The translations under genes were made by a program, and so were the position numbers. Shown one piece after another: positions 1 through 9,113 of a stretch of DNA of 20,130 nucleotides (positions within the stretch are counted from its first letter, which is position 1; every line of letters begins with the position of its first letter). The DNA comes from an uncultured bacterium. GTDB taxonomy: Bacteria; Krumholzibacteriota; Krumholzibacteriia; Krumholzibacteriales; Krumholzibacteriaceae. The notes under the pieces are model-generated. The model saw only the letters and a program-made list of their open reading frames with translations. It did no database searches and was not told the origin of the DNA. The DNA is taken from contig CBDUYR010000048.1 of assembly GCA_965371515.1 (NCBI GenBank), positions 1-20,130 on the forward strand, written 5' to 3'.

Positions 1-96
1 GAGGTCGAGCGCGCCGAAATTGCCCAGCAGGAATACTATTCCGACCATGATCATGATCAGGCCGGGAACTATCGGTCTCGATTTGCCTTCGCTCAT
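1..96 (-). CDS. Small membrane protein, LiaF/LiaI-like (DUF5668-type N-terminus); 5' part only, runs off window start; paralog of 132..641
   Basis: Read by hand from ATG at 96: MSEGKSRPIVPGLIMIMVGIVFLLGNFGALDL..., preceded by a GGAGG SD. 19/32 residues identical to the N-terminus of the 132..641 protein. Confidence 0.8.
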   Translation of the reverse strand, partial: MSEGKSRPIVPGLIMIMVGIVFLLGNFGALDL

Positions 97-120
97 CGTC
101 CTACCTCCGTTTCGCGCCGG
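71..120. repeat. Copy 1 of a 50-bp direct repeat (leader, RBS and first codons of the membrane-protein paralog)
   Basis: atcggtctcgatttgccttcgctcatcgtcctacctccgtttcgcgccgg matches 616..665 at 47/50 positions. Confidence 0.9.
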
Positions 121-131
121 CGTACCCGGGA

Positions 132-641
132 TCACGCATCAGTATTTCCTCCCGTTACGTCGATCTTCTTCTCGGGATTCATGATTATGTAAATGCCCAG
201 GCCGGCTGTTATAAACGGCCAGATATATTTAAATACGGGAACACTGTTCAGAAGGAAGATCAGGCTGATCACTCCCAGCACGGCGGCGGTGATCAATACG
301 CTCCGGTTTCTCTGGCTTATCAGGTATGTGAAGTAAAGGCCGAGTGCGGGAGCCAGGATGAAGACAGGCCCCAGGCTTCCGATCGTTGCCCATGTGTATT
401 TTGCTATCAGAAAGAACACGACCCCGTAGATCACAAGGATCGTCCCCGGCATGATCAGGAAGTCCCGGCTCTTATCCATCAGGAATCCGATCCAGAAGAG
501 CACGCCCATTATCATGATCATCCAGGTGAAGGCCACTTCCCAGTCAGGATGGAAGGCCCCGAAATTGCCGAGAATGAAGATCAGCCCGATAATGATCAGT
601 GCCAGGCCCTGAAGGATCGGTCTCGATTTTCCTTTGCTCAT
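132..641 (-). CDS. Multi-pass membrane protein, LiaF/LiaI-like (DUF5668-type)
   Basis: 169 aa, about 6 hydrophobic segments, N-terminal GLxLIxIGLxFILxN and C-terminal WP motifs typical of LiaF/LiaI-like proteins; GGAGG SD. Confidence 0.7.
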   Translation of the reverse strand: MSKGKSRPILQGLALIIIGLIFILGNFGAFHPDWEVAFTWMIMIMGVLFWIGFLMDKSRDFLIMPGTILVIYGVVFFLIAKYTWATIGSLGPVFILAPALGLYFTYLISQRNRSVLITAAVLGVISLIFLLNSVPVFKYIWPFITAGLGIYIIMNPEKKIDVTGGNTDA

Positions 642-665
642 CGTCCTGCCTCCGTTTCGCGCCGG
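616..665. repeat. Copy 2 of the 50-bp direct repeat
   Basis: atcggtctcgattttcctttgctcatcgtcctgcctccgtttcgcgccgg, 3 mismatches versus 71..120. Confidence 0.9.
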
Positions 666-668
666 TCG

Positions 669-1814
669 TCAGCGGCCGGCAACAGTCTCGAGTACGCGTT
701 CGCATTCTTCTTCCGTATTGTACATGTGGGGGCTCAGCCGCACCGTGTCTTCCCTGAGGCTGCAGATGATCCCGGCCTCCCGCAGCCGCTCGAAGATCGG
801 CTGAGCGTCCTCTTTTTCGCTGTCGAAACAAAGTATACCCGATTTTTCCCCGTCTCCCAACGGGCTCCTGACCCTGAACCCGTTTTTCTCGATGCCTTCG
901 GCGAGACGGCCGGTCAGCGAGAGGATCCTGTTTTCGACCTTGTCTTTACCCAGCTTCATGATCCTGTCTATCGATACGCCCAGTGCGAATATTCCGTGGA
1001 GGTTCGGGGAGCCCTCCTCGAACCGTTCTGCCTCGTCGCGGTAGGTGAAGTCGTAGTCGAGGAAATCCTTCGGATTCACAACACCGGTCCATCCCGGATT
1101 GGGGACGTCTATCTCGTCGAGCAGTTCTTTGCGGCAATAGAAGATGCCGACGCCGGGAAGGGCGAGCATCCACTTGTGTCCGCCGGCCGAGAGAAAATCG
1201 ATCTTCGATCTCTTTACGTCGATATCTAGGGCGCCCAGGCCCTGTATTGCGTCTACGTGGAGGAAAATGCCCCGGTTGCGGCAGAAATCGCCGAGCTCGT
1301 CGAGATCGATCCTGTGTCCGGTCGAGAACTGCACCCAGCTGACGGTGATCGCCCGCGTGCGGGAGTCGCAGACGTCTGCAAGCATGTCCGCGGTGACCAG
1401 CCCCTCGCTGGGTTCGACCATGCGGAGCTCGACGCCCCTGCGCCACAGCCCCATCCAGGGGTAGACGTTGGCCGGAAATTCGATGGACGGCATGACGACA
1501 TTATCGCCCTCCTTCCACCGTATGCCTCCCGAGGCTATCAGTACGCCGTGGGTCGTATTCTTGACGAAGGCTATCTCGTCGGCTCCGGCGCCGATCAGCC
1601 TGGCGGCACCGGACCGCACATCCGCGACACGCGCGAAGATATCGTCTTCGGCAAGGACTCCGCCGCCGAGCATGCCGGAAAGCCTGTCCAGGGATTCACG
1701 TGACGTTACCGAGAGGGGGCTGACCGCGGCGTGGTTGAAATATGCGATATCGTCGGAAACGGAGAACTCGTCCCTGATTTCCTTCCAGATGCGGGTATTA
1801 TCGTTCATATCCAT
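669..1814 (-). CDS. Aminotransferase class V-fold PLP-dependent enzyme (cysteine desulfurase/selenocysteine lyase-like fold)
   Basis: YFNHAAVSP, KNTTHG, EFPAN, HVDAIQ, PLP-lysine motif GGHKW, FEEGS and C-terminal VRLSPHMYN. Confidence 0.9.
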   Translation of the reverse strand: MDMNDNTRIWKEIRDEFSVSDDIAYFNHAAVSPLSVTSRESLDRLSGMLGGGVLAEDDIFARVADVRSGAARLIGAGADEIAFVKNTTHGVLIASGGIRWKEGDNVVMPSIEFPANVYPWMGLWRRGVELRMVEPSEGLVTADMLADVCDSRTRAITVSWVQFSTGHRIDLDELGDFCRNRGIFLHVDAIQGLGALDIDVKRSKIDFLSAGGHKWMLALPGVGIFYCRKELLDEIDVPNPGWTGVVNPKDFLDYDFTYRDEAERFEEGSPNLHGIFALGVSIDRIMKLGKDKVENRILSLTGRLAEGIEKNGFRVRSPLGDGEKSGILCFDSEKEDAQPIFERLREAGIICSLREDTVRLSPHMYNTEEECERVLETVAGR

Positions 1815-1884
1815 CAGAAGGATATTCTCAGAAGATCCGCGGCGTGTACAGTTTAAATGGAATGATCCTGGCGGTGTGGCATAT

Positions 1885-2598
1885 TCAGGCGATCGCCGTA
1901 TGAATGGCGGCTACGCCGAACATGAGCTTTTTCCAGGTGACCTGCGAAAACCCGGCTTCCTCCATCTCCGAGGCGAGTTCGGCGGGGTCCGGGAAGGATC
2001 GGATCGAGCCGGAGAGGTATGCGTATCCGTCTCTCTCGCCCGTCAGCACCTTTCCCAGCCAGCCTACAATACCTCCGGCGTAGGCATGGAGGGCGCCCCT
2101 GACAGGCGCTGACCCGGGCTGGCTCGTCTCGAGGTTCAGGAAGATCCCCCCCGGCCTCAGTACGCGCCTGATCTCCCCGAGCGAGTCGGCGAAGAGCCCG
2201 CCGCGGCTCCGGAGGTTCCTCGCCGCGAAGGTCACCGTCACGAGGCCGAAAGAGGCGTCGGGAAAGGGAAGAGCATCTGCCGAGGCTGCCGCGGGGATGA
2301 GCTTTCCCGCGCCGCGCCGCCTGATTCCCTCGCGCAGCATCGGGACGGAAAAATCGGCCGAGATCACGGCCGTGCCGCCCGGCGACCGGCGGGACAGGAG
2401 GTCGGCCATCTCGCCCGTGCCGCTGCAGAGGTCGAGCCAGGGGCCGGAGCCGGTTCCACCGGCATCTCCGGCCGTACGGACAGCGGCGGAAGCCGCTATC
2501 CTTCTCCACGGCATATCGAACCCGAATGTAAGGATGTGGTTCGTGCTTTCGTACCGGTGGGGAATGGTCCTGTATACGTCCTGGAGGTCCATGATCAT
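1885..2598 (-). CDS. menG: Ubiquinone/menaquinone biosynthesis C-methyltransferase (UbiE/MenG family)
   Basis: [18 protein letters not shown] motif [56 protein letters not shown]. Start may be ATG at 2592. Confidence 0.85.
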   Translation of the reverse strand: MIMDLQDVYRTIPHRYESTNHILTFGFDMPWRRIAASAAVRTAGDAGGTGSGPWLDLCSGTGEMADLLSRRSPGGTAVISADFSVPMLREGIRRRGAGKLIPAAASADALPFPDASFGLVTVTFAARNLRSRGGLFADSLGEIRRVLRPGGIFLNLETSQPGSAPVRGALHAYAGGIVGWLGKVLTGERDGYAYLSGSIRSFPDPAELASEMEEAGFSQVTWKKLMFGVAAIHTAIA

Positions 2599-2616
2599 CG
2601 AGCTTTCAGAAACAGG

Positions 2617-3303
2617 TCAGTCTGCGATCTGTCCATCGCTGGAAAGCATTCCCCGTTCCTTCCAGAATCCCTCCCGCAGTGTGATCGTCGAGCCCTTCCA
2701 TTCGATGTCGCCCCTGTCGCGAAGCCTGAGGATCAGCCGCGAGAGTGTCTCGGGAATGGTACCGATGGTGGCCGCGATCTCCTTCTTGGGCATCTCGACC
2801 CTGCATTTCTCGACAGGTCCGCATTGCTCGTACAGAAAACGGAAGAAGCGCTGCTCCACGTCGTAGGCCGTAAGGTAGTGGATCCTCTGCGAGAGGTACC
2901 GGAGCCTCTCGATCAGGGTCGAGATGAATTCACGGCGAAAGGCACGATCCTCGAACAGAGCCTGGAATGTCGATCCGGAGAAGGCATAGGCGACGGAGTA
3001 TTTTACGGCAACGGCGTTGACCGGGTAGCCTCCACCGCCGAACAGGGCGAATTCGGCGAATGCCTCGAAGGGATTGACGAGCTTGACGGTCGTCTCCTGG
3101 CCGTCCTCGGAGAGCTTGTACAGCCTCACACCACCTTCTGCAAGGACGAACAGGTCTCTGCCCTCATCGTCTTCGAAGAAGATATGCTCCCCGCGTGCGA
3201 TCTCGAGCCTGCGGCTGCCTTCCGACAGCCTTGCCAGCGATTCCTCGCCCAGATCGCGGAAGAGTGCCGTTTTCATCAGTGTTTCGATGGTGTTCATAAT
3301 CAT
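2617..3303 (-). CDS. Crp/Fnr family transcriptional regulator (HcpR/Dnr-like)
   Basis: cNMP-binding domain ([34 protein letters not shown]) plus HTH with an FNR-type E..SR recognition helix ([15 protein letters not shown]); no N-terminal Fe-S Cys cluster; divergent from hcp. Start likely 3303 or 3297 rather than 3351. Confidence 0.9.
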   Translation of the reverse strand: MIMNTIETLMKTALFRDLGEESLARLSEGSRRLEIARGEHIFFEDDEGRDLFVLAEGGVRLYKLSEDGQETTVKLVNPFEAFAEFALFGGGGYPVNAVAVKYSVAYAFSGSTFQALFEDRAFRREFISTLIERLRYLSQRIHYLTAYDVEQRFFRFLYEQCGPVEKCRVEMPKKEIAATIGTIPETLSRLILRLRDRGDIEWKGSTITLREGFWKERGMLSSDGQIAD

Positions 3304-3366
3304 GGTATACTGCATCAAGAAGGGTTCAATATCAATAGTCGAAATATTCAAAAAAAACTCCCCGAA

Positions 3367-3380
3367 TTGACCCCGGTCAA
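3367..3380. promoter_or_regulatory. Crp/Fnr-family operator TTGAC-N4-GTCAA upstream of hcp
   Basis: Perfect inverted half-sites TTGAC cccg GTCAA, resembling the FNR consensus TTGAT-N4-ATCAA, lying between the regulator and hcp. Confidence 0.8.
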
Positions 3381-3402
3381 GGCTGCGTTCCCCCGCAGCG
3401 CT

Positions 3403-3408
3403 TATTAT
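3403..3408 (+). promoter_or_regulatory. Putative -10 element (TATTAT) of the hcp promoter
   Basis: Places +1 near 3415, so the palindrome centre (3373.5) falls at -41.5, the class II Crp/Fnr geometry. Confidence 0.6.
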
Positions 3409-3480
3409 TGGCTTCCCGGTGACGCGCAGAAGAGATCGACGCGGGCCGGATGGCCTCAGACAGTAAAAGGAGACCCGACC

Positions 3481-5115
3481 ATGAATATGTTCTGCTATCA
3501 GTGCCAGGAAACGGCCGGAAACACGGGCTGCACGAAAGTGGGCGTCTGCGGCAAGCCGCCTGAGACCTCCGCTCTCCAGGATCTGCTCATCTTCGTCTCG
3601 AAGGGGGTATCGATTCCGGGTTCGAGAACTGTAGAGGGAAGCGATGATTTCCTCGAGGCGGGAAGATTTCTGACGAGAGCACTGTTTGCCACTATCACGA
3701 ACAGCAACTTCGACGACGATCGTTTTATCGAGCTCGCCGACGAAGGCATTTCACTGCGCGACAGGCTCATGGCCAGGTACGGCGGGGAACTCGAGGGCGA
3801 CCTGCACGAGTCGGCCAGCTGGACCCCCGGCGAAAACGAAGATCTTGCTGCAAAGGGACTGACAGTCGGCGTTCTCTCGACCGGGAACGAGGATGTGCGC
3901 TCCCTCAGGGAACTCGTCATATACGGGCTGAAGGGCATAGCCGCCTACGCCCACCACGCGCATGTCCTCGGTTACGAGGACGACGCCGTATATTCGTTCA
4001 TCATGAAGGCTCTGACAGACACTACCCGGGACATCTCGGCGGACGAGCTCACCGCTCTCGTGCTCGAGACCGGCAAATGCGCCGTCGATGCGATGGCCGT
4101 TCTCGACAAGGCCAATACGGAGACCTACGGAAACCCGGAGATCTCCACGGTCAAGACCGGTGTACGCGGCAATCCCGGCATACTGGTCTCCGGCCACGAT
4201 CTGAAGGATATCGAGGAGCTCCTCGAGCAGACCGCCGGAACCGGTGTCGATATCTACACCCACGGCGAGATGCTTCCCACACACTACTATCCTGCGTTCA
4301 AGAAGTTCGAGCACCTCGCCGGAAACTACGGCGGCGCGTGGTACAAGCAGGGCAGCGAGTTCGCGTCGTTCAACGGCCCGATCCTCATGACGACCAATTG
4401 CATCACGCCTGTGAAGGACTCGTACAAGGACAGGATCTTTACTACCGGCATGGCGGGATACCCCGGCGTCAGTCACATTCCCGGCCGTCCTGACGGCGGG
4501 AAGAAGGATTTTTCGGTAATCATCGAGATGGCCAGGAAATCCGCCGCTCCCGAACAGATCGAGGACGGGCAGATCGTCGGCGGATTCGCGCACGCCCAGG
4601 TCGCCGCTCTGGCCGGCGACATCGTCAAGGCCGTCAAGTCCGGGGCGATCAAGAAGTTCGTAGTCATGGCCGGATGCGACGGGAGGCAGAAGAAGCGTTC
4701 CTATTTCACCGAGGTCGCAGAGAATCTCCCGAAAGACACCATCATCCTTACAGCCGGATGCGCGAAGTACCGCTACAACAAGCTCGATCTCGGAGACATC
4801 GGCGGTATCCCGAGAGTCCTCGACGCGGGGCAGTGCAACGATTCGTACTCGCTCGCCCTGACGGCTCTGAAACTGAAAGAGGCTTTCGAGCTCGAGGACG
4901 TAAACGATCTTCCCCTGGCGTTCGACATCGCCTGGTACGAGCAGAAGGCAGTCACCGTACTGCTCGCGCTGCTCTACCTTGGATTCAAGAACATCAGGCT
5001 CGGCCCGACGCTGCCGGCGTTCCTCTCGCCGAACGTGGCCAATATTCTCGTCGAGAAATTCGGCATCGCCCAGACGGGCGACGTCGATGAAGATATCGCG
5101 TCGATGATGGGATAG
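3481..5115 (+). CDS. hcp: Hybrid cluster protein / hydroxylamine reductase (class I)
   Basis: Starts [25 protein letters not shown] (CX2CX8CX5C) after an [56 protein letters not shown]. Confidence 0.97.
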   Translation: MNMFCYQCQETAGNTGCTKVGVCGKPPETSALQDLLIFVSKGVSIPGSRTVEGSDDFLEAGRFLTRALFATITNSNFDDDRFIELADEGISLRDRLMARYGGELEGDLHESASWTPGENEDLAAKGLTVGVLSTGNEDVRSLRELVIYGLKGIAAYAHHAHVLGYEDDAVYSFIMKALTDTTRDISADELTALVLETGKCAVDAMAVLDKANTETYGNPEISTVKTGVRGNPGILVSGHDLKDIEELLEQTAGTGVDIYTHGEMLPTHYYPAFKKFEHLAGNYGGAWYKQGSEFASFNGPILMTTNCITPVKDSYKDRIFTTGMAGYPGVSHIPGRPDGGKKDFSVIIEMARKSAAPEQIEDGQIVGGFAHAQVAALAGDIVKAVKSGAIKKFVVMAGCDGRQKKRSYFTEVAENLPKDTIILTAGCAKYRYNKLDLGDIGGIPRVLDAGQCNDSYSLALTALKLKEAFELEDVNDLPLAFDIAWYEQKAVTVLLALLYLGFKNIRLGPTLPAFLSPNVANILVEKFGIAQTGDVDEDIASMMG

Positions 5116-5159
5116 CCACCTGCCGGCTGAGCTGAGTCGGTCGGCGGTGATTGACTTGT

Positions 5160-5195
5160 GGCCCGCCCCGCGTCAGCGGAGGCGGGCCTTCTTTT
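5160..5195 (+). terminator. Rho-independent terminator of hcp
   Basis: Stem ggcccgcc-ccgc / gcgg-a-ggcgggcc with a gtca loop, followed by ttctttt. Confidence 0.8.
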
Positions 5196-5210
5196 CCAGA
5201 GATGCCGTTC

Positions 5211-5239
5211 TTTACTCTTGCCCTGGAAACATGTAGATT
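5211..5239 (+). promoter_or_regulatory. Putative sigma70 promoter of lepA (possibly leaderless)
   Basis: TTTACT-N17-TAGATT ending 7 nt before the ATG at 5247; no SD visible. Confidence 0.5.
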
Positions 5240-5246
5240 GCTGATC

Positions 5247-7043
5247 ATGAAGAACATCAGGAATTTCAGCATAACGGCCCATATAGACCACGGCAAGTCG
5301 ACGCTCGCCGACAGGCTGATCCAGCGAGCCGGGCTGGTCACCGACCGCGACTTCCACGACCAGATGCTCGATACGATGGATATCGAGCGGGAGCGAGGCA
5401 TAACGATCAAGAGCCAGACCGTGGCCTTGCCGTACAGGAGCAAGGCGGGCGAGGATTACGTGCTGAACCTCATCGATACGCCGGGGCACGTCGACTTCAC
5501 GTACGAGGTCTCCAGGGCGCTCGCCTCGTGCGAGGGTGTCCTGCTCCTCGTAGATGCGAGCCAGGGAGTGGAGGCCCAGACGCTGGCCAATCTCTATCTT
5601 GCCCTGGAGCACGAGCTCGAGATCATCCCCGTGATCAACAAGATCGACCTTCCATCGGCCGACGTGAATATGTCGAAAGAACAGATTGAGATCGAACTGG
5701 GGCTCGATTCGGACGAAGTGATCCTCTGTTCGGCCAAGGACGGTACCGGGGTCGAAGATATTCTCGAGGCGATCGTCGAGAAGATCCCCCCGCCGGGGGG
5801 GAGTGAGGACGATCAGTTCAGGGCTCTGATCTTCGACGCGCAGTACGATCCGTTCCGAGGGGCGATCATCCACTGCCGCGTGATGGATGGTTCGGTAAAG
5901 CCGGGCGACTCGATAAGATTCATGTCGCTGGGAACCGTCTACAAGGTCGAAGAGGTCGGGGTCTTCAAGTTGAAACACGTGAAGCAGGAACGGCTCAGTG
6001 CCGGAGAGGTCGGGTACATCATCGCCGGCGTCAAAACGGTAAGCGACACGAGGATCGGCGATACGATCGTCAGCGAGGGCGATACCACTTCGGATCCGCT
6101 GCCTGGATTCAAGGAGGTCAAGCCGGTCGTATTCTCCTCGATCTATCCAATGGACTCGAACGATTACAATGCCCTTGCCGACTCGCTCGAGCGGTACAAG
6201 CTGAACGACGCCTCGTTGATCTACCAGAAGGATTCCTCCGCGGCGCTCGGTCACGGGTTCAGGTGCGGTTTTCTCGGGCTGCTGCATCTCGAGGTCTTCC
6301 AGGAGAGGCTCGAGCGGGAGTTCAACCAGTCGATCATCCTGACCGCTCCGAGCGTTCTGTACAAATTTGTCCTGGACGGCGGGAAAGAAGTGGCGGTCGA
6401 CAATCCGGAGTACTATCCCGACCCGATGCATATCGAGAGTGCGCTCGAACCGTACATACGCGCCAGCATACTCTTCCCGGAGAAGTACATGGGTGCGGTG
6501 ATGCAGCTCTGTCTCAACCGCCGCGGCGAGAAATCGAATTTCAGTTACCCCGCGCCGGGAAGGATAGAGTTGTTGTTCGACATGCCGCTCGCCGAGGTCA
6601 TACACGATTTCTACGACAAGCTCAAGACTATCACACAGGGATACGGATCGTTCGATTACGAGCTGATCGATTACAGAGAGAACAACCTCGTAAAGATCGA
6701 TATCCTCGTCAACGGCGAGAAGGTCGACGCCCTGGCGATGATCGTGCACCGCGACAGGGCGAGGACGAGGACCAAGCAGGTCTGCGACAGGCTGAGGGAC
6801 GAGATCCCGAGGCACATGTTCAAGATCGCCGTCCAGGGCGCCATCGGAGGAAAGATAATCGCGCGCTCGACGATCTCGGCCATGCGCAAGGACGTGCTTG
6901 CGAAGTGTTACGGCGGTGACGTGACCCGTAAGCGTAAACTGCTCGAGAAGCAGGCAAAGGGAAAAAAGAGGATGAAGACGGTCGGAAAGGTGTCGATCCC
7001 GCAGACTGCGTTCGTCGCCGTGCTGAAGACCCAGGATGATTGA
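5247..7043 (+). CDS. lepA: Elongation factor 4 (LepA)
   Basis: MKNIRNFSITAHIDHGKSTLADR, ERERGITIK, LIDTPGHVDFTYEV, NKID, GFRCGFLGLLH, KCYGGDVTRKRKLLEKQ. Confidence 0.98.
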   Translation: MKNIRNFSITAHIDHGKSTLADRLIQRAGLVTDRDFHDQMLDTMDIERERGITIKSQTVALPYRSKAGEDYVLNLIDTPGHVDFTYEVSRALASCEGVLLLVDASQGVEAQTLANLYLALEHELEIIPVINKIDLPSADVNMSKEQIEIELGLDSDEVILCSAKDGTGVEDILEAIVEKIPPPGGSEDDQFRALIFDAQYDPFRGAIIHCRVMDGSVKPGDSIRFMSLGTVYKVEEVGVFKLKHVKQERLSAGEVGYIIAGVKTVSDTRIGDTIVSEGDTTSDPLPGFKEVKPVVFSSIYPMDSNDYNALADSLERYKLNDASLIYQKDSSAALGHGFRCGFLGLLHLEVFQERLEREFNQSIILTAPSVLYKFVLDGGKEVAVDNPEYYPDPMHIESALEPYIRASILFPEKYMGAVMQLCLNRRGEKSNFSYPAPGRIELLFDMPLAEVIHDFYDKLKTITQGYGSFDYELIDYRENNLVKIDILVNGEKVDALAMIVHRDRARTRTKQVCDRLRDEIPRHMFKIAVQGAIGGKIIARSTISAMRKDVLAKCYGGDVTRKRKLLEKQAKGKKRMKTVGKVSIPQTAFVAVLKTQDD

Positions 7044-8172
7044 TTCTCCCGGCATCTATGTCCATGTACCATTCTGCCGGACAAAATGTGCCTACTGCGA
7101 TTTCTATTCCGTAACAGATCTTCACGGCTCTTCGTCATCACATGGTATCGCCAGGCGATTTATTGACGCGCTCGAAACCGAGGCGTCGATGTACGGGAAT
7201 GATTTTACAGAACCGACAGGCTCGTTCTACGTCGGCGGGGGCACGCCATCGGCCGTCGACCCTGATCTCGTCTCGAAACTTCCAGGCATTGTGTCACGCA
7301 TGCCGGGGCTCGAAGCGGGAGCGGAGGTCACCATCGAGGTAAATCCCGACGATGTCACTCCGGCCGCGCTCGAGGCGTATGTCGAGGGCGGATTCAACCG
7401 GATAAGCATAGGCGTTCAGTCATTCGACGACGCGGAGCTTGTTTTCCTCGGGAGACGGCACGACGCCGCGGGGGCCGTGGCGGCGGTAGAGGCGTCGATA
7501 TCCTCGGGATTCGAAAAGGCCGGGATAGACCTGATATTCGGGATGGCCGGACAGACGCTCGAAGGATTGAGAAAAAATCTCGAGAAGGCTCTCGAGTTCA
7601 AGCCGGAACACATCTCGTGTTATCAGCTTACCGTGGAACCCGGCACACCGCTGGGAGAGAGGATGCGGGCCGGCGAAGAGGTCAGTGTGGGCGAGGAGAT
7701 CCAGCGGGAGATGTTCCTCGAGACTTCAAGCGTACTTACCGGCGGCGGTTATACCCACTACGAGGTCTCGAACTTCGCTCTTGGCGGGGAGAATTACTCG
7801 CGGCACAACATGCGTTACTGGCTCAGGAGACCTTATCTCGGCCTGGGGCCTTCCGCGCATTCGTTCGACGGCAGGGTCAGGCGGTGGAACCATCGGTCGC
7901 TGGATCAGTGGCTCGACGCCGTTGAAAAAGGGGAGAAGCCGACCGCCGGCGAGGAAGAGCTTTCAGGAGAGCAGATCAGGGCGGAGCGCCTGATGTTCGG
8001 ATTCAGGACGCTGCTCGGAGTCGAGCTGGACCTTCTGAAGGAGCACTCGGGCTGGGAGGAGACTCTCGAGGAACTGCTCGACATCTCACTCGTACAGATC
8101 GAAGGCGATCGGGCGGTCCCGACCGTCGAGGGGTATCTCGTTGCCGACCAGCTGCCGCTGCTGTTCATGTAG
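7036..8172 (+). CDS. hemW: Radical SAM heme chaperone HemW (HemN-like)
   Basis: IYVHVPFCRTKCAYCDF (CX3CX2C), GGGTPS, NRISIGVQSF, YEVSNFA, HNMRYW; 378 aa; start overlaps the lepA stop. Confidence 0.9.
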   Translation: MIDSPGIYVHVPFCRTKCAYCDFYSVTDLHGSSSSHGIARRFIDALETEASMYGNDFTEPTGSFYVGGGTPSAVDPDLVSKLPGIVSRMPGLEAGAEVTIEVNPDDVTPAALEAYVEGGFNRISIGVQSFDDAELVFLGRRHDAAGAVAAVEASISSGFEKAGIDLIFGMAGQTLEGLRKNLEKALEFKPEHISCYQLTVEPGTPLGERMRAGEEVSVGEEIQREMFLETSSVLTGGGYTHYEVSNFALGGENYSRHNMRYWLRRPYLGLGPSAHSFDGRVRRWNHRSLDQWLDAVEKGEKPTAGEEELSGEQIRAERLMFGFRTLLGVELDLLKEHSGWEETLEELLDISLVQIEGDRAVPTVEGYLVADQLPLLFM

Positions 8173-8192
8173 GCGCTGAGGCCACGCCGGGG

Positions 8193-9104
8193 CTAGCGCT
8201 TTTGTATGACAAGATTATTGATGACGGGTGAAAAAGCAGTAATTGGTATGTGTAGCAGCTTCACAGCCGACCAGTACGTCACAAACTCGAAAACGATCCG
8301 CTTCCAGCTTCCAGTGGAGAAATATTGAACATGTCTGTTATGACCACTCATTGTATTTAAGCACATGAAGCTCTCTTCGCCAAGATAGCTCATTATCTCC
8401 CAGTAAGTTGCGCCCCATGCCCCGACTTCTTCCAGTCCCAGGGGCCCTTCACTCGTCGTTGGAATATCTGAATGCCTCTTTTTCTTCACCGCTCTTCTAT
8501 ATGCCCGGCCGGACCCGGGTTTCATCCAGGGAATCCACCACAATTGAGTTGAATGACCGTCAAAGGGGCAGAGCCGATTAGGAGTCTCGTTTATAAACAG
8601 ATAACCTGACTTTTTCAGCAGCGTAAACAGAGAGCGTATTATCTTTTTTCTCAACCCGGTCTTTGTCAGCGGAATATGCTCAATGACGCCGTTCAATAAT
8701 ATCAGGTCAAAAGTGCCCATGGAATCTTTGATCTTGTCCAGGTCGTCACCGCAAAAGAATTGTACGCCGCTCTCCAGGCCATGTTCACTTATCCTCTTCC
8801 TGCAGATCTCAAAGCTCTCCCTGTCAATATCAAATGCGCATATTTGTGTAGAATGCTCTGCCAGGGCTACAGTTGTTGCCCCTGTTCCACAACCAAAATC
8901 CAGGATCCTTTTGTCCTTCAAGCTTCCGCAGTGATACTCGATATCACGACACAATTGTTTTTTGAATTTAACAATACGACTGGTGGGACCACCAAGATGA
9001 GCATTTAAATACTTCTGATATTCGGGCCAGCCCTCTTTTCCTCTGTGCAGTCGAACGATCAGTTCTTCGAACTCTTCAGAGTAGTCAAAGGTATCCAAAT
9101 GCAA
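8193..9104 (-). CDS. Class I SAM-dependent methyltransferase (low GC)
   Basis: ILDFGCGTGA, FDLILLNGVIEHI, LKKSGYLFINETPN. TTG start at 9104, or 9098 where the spacing to GGAGA is better. Confidence 0.85.
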   Translation of the reverse strand: MHLDTFDYSEEFEELIVRLHRGKEGWPEYQKYLNAHLGGPTSRIVKFKKQLCRDIEYHCGSLKDKRILDFGCGTGATTVALAEHSTQICAFDIDRESFEICRKRISEHGLESGVQFFCGDDLDKIKDSMGTFDLILLNGVIEHIPLTKTGLRKKIIRSLFTLLKKSGYLFINETPNRLCPFDGHSTQLWWIPWMKPGSGRAYRRAVKKKRHSDIPTTSEGPLGLEEVGAWGATYWEIMSYLGEESFMCLNTMSGHNRHVQYFSTGSWKRIVFEFVTYWSAVKLLHIPITAFSPVINNLVIQKR

Positions 9105-9113
9105 TTCTCCATA

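Noticed and set aside
549..2866. Multiple plus-strand ORFs opposite the PLP enzyme and menG
   Set aside because: Antisense or alternative-frame artefacts with no motifs or SD support.
2536..3480. 315-aa N-terminal extension of the Hcp ORF (859 aa in the track), which looks like a fusion
   Set aside because: It is the antisense frame of the Crp/Fnr gene plus intergenic DNA. The real Hcp starts at 3481 with an SD and the canonical MFCYQC.
5151..5246. N-terminal extension of LepA
   Set aside because: It spans the hcp terminator and a putative promoter; LepA homology starts at MKNIRNF (5247).
4974..7055. 693-aa minus-strand ORF
   Set aside because: Antisense shadow of lepA, expected from GC-rich codon bias; no recognisable motifs.
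7036..8172. Annotation as coproporphyrinogen III oxidase HemN, or a novel radical SAM system
   Set aside because: Length, the HNxxYW motif and lepA adjacency fit the well-known HemW heme chaperone.
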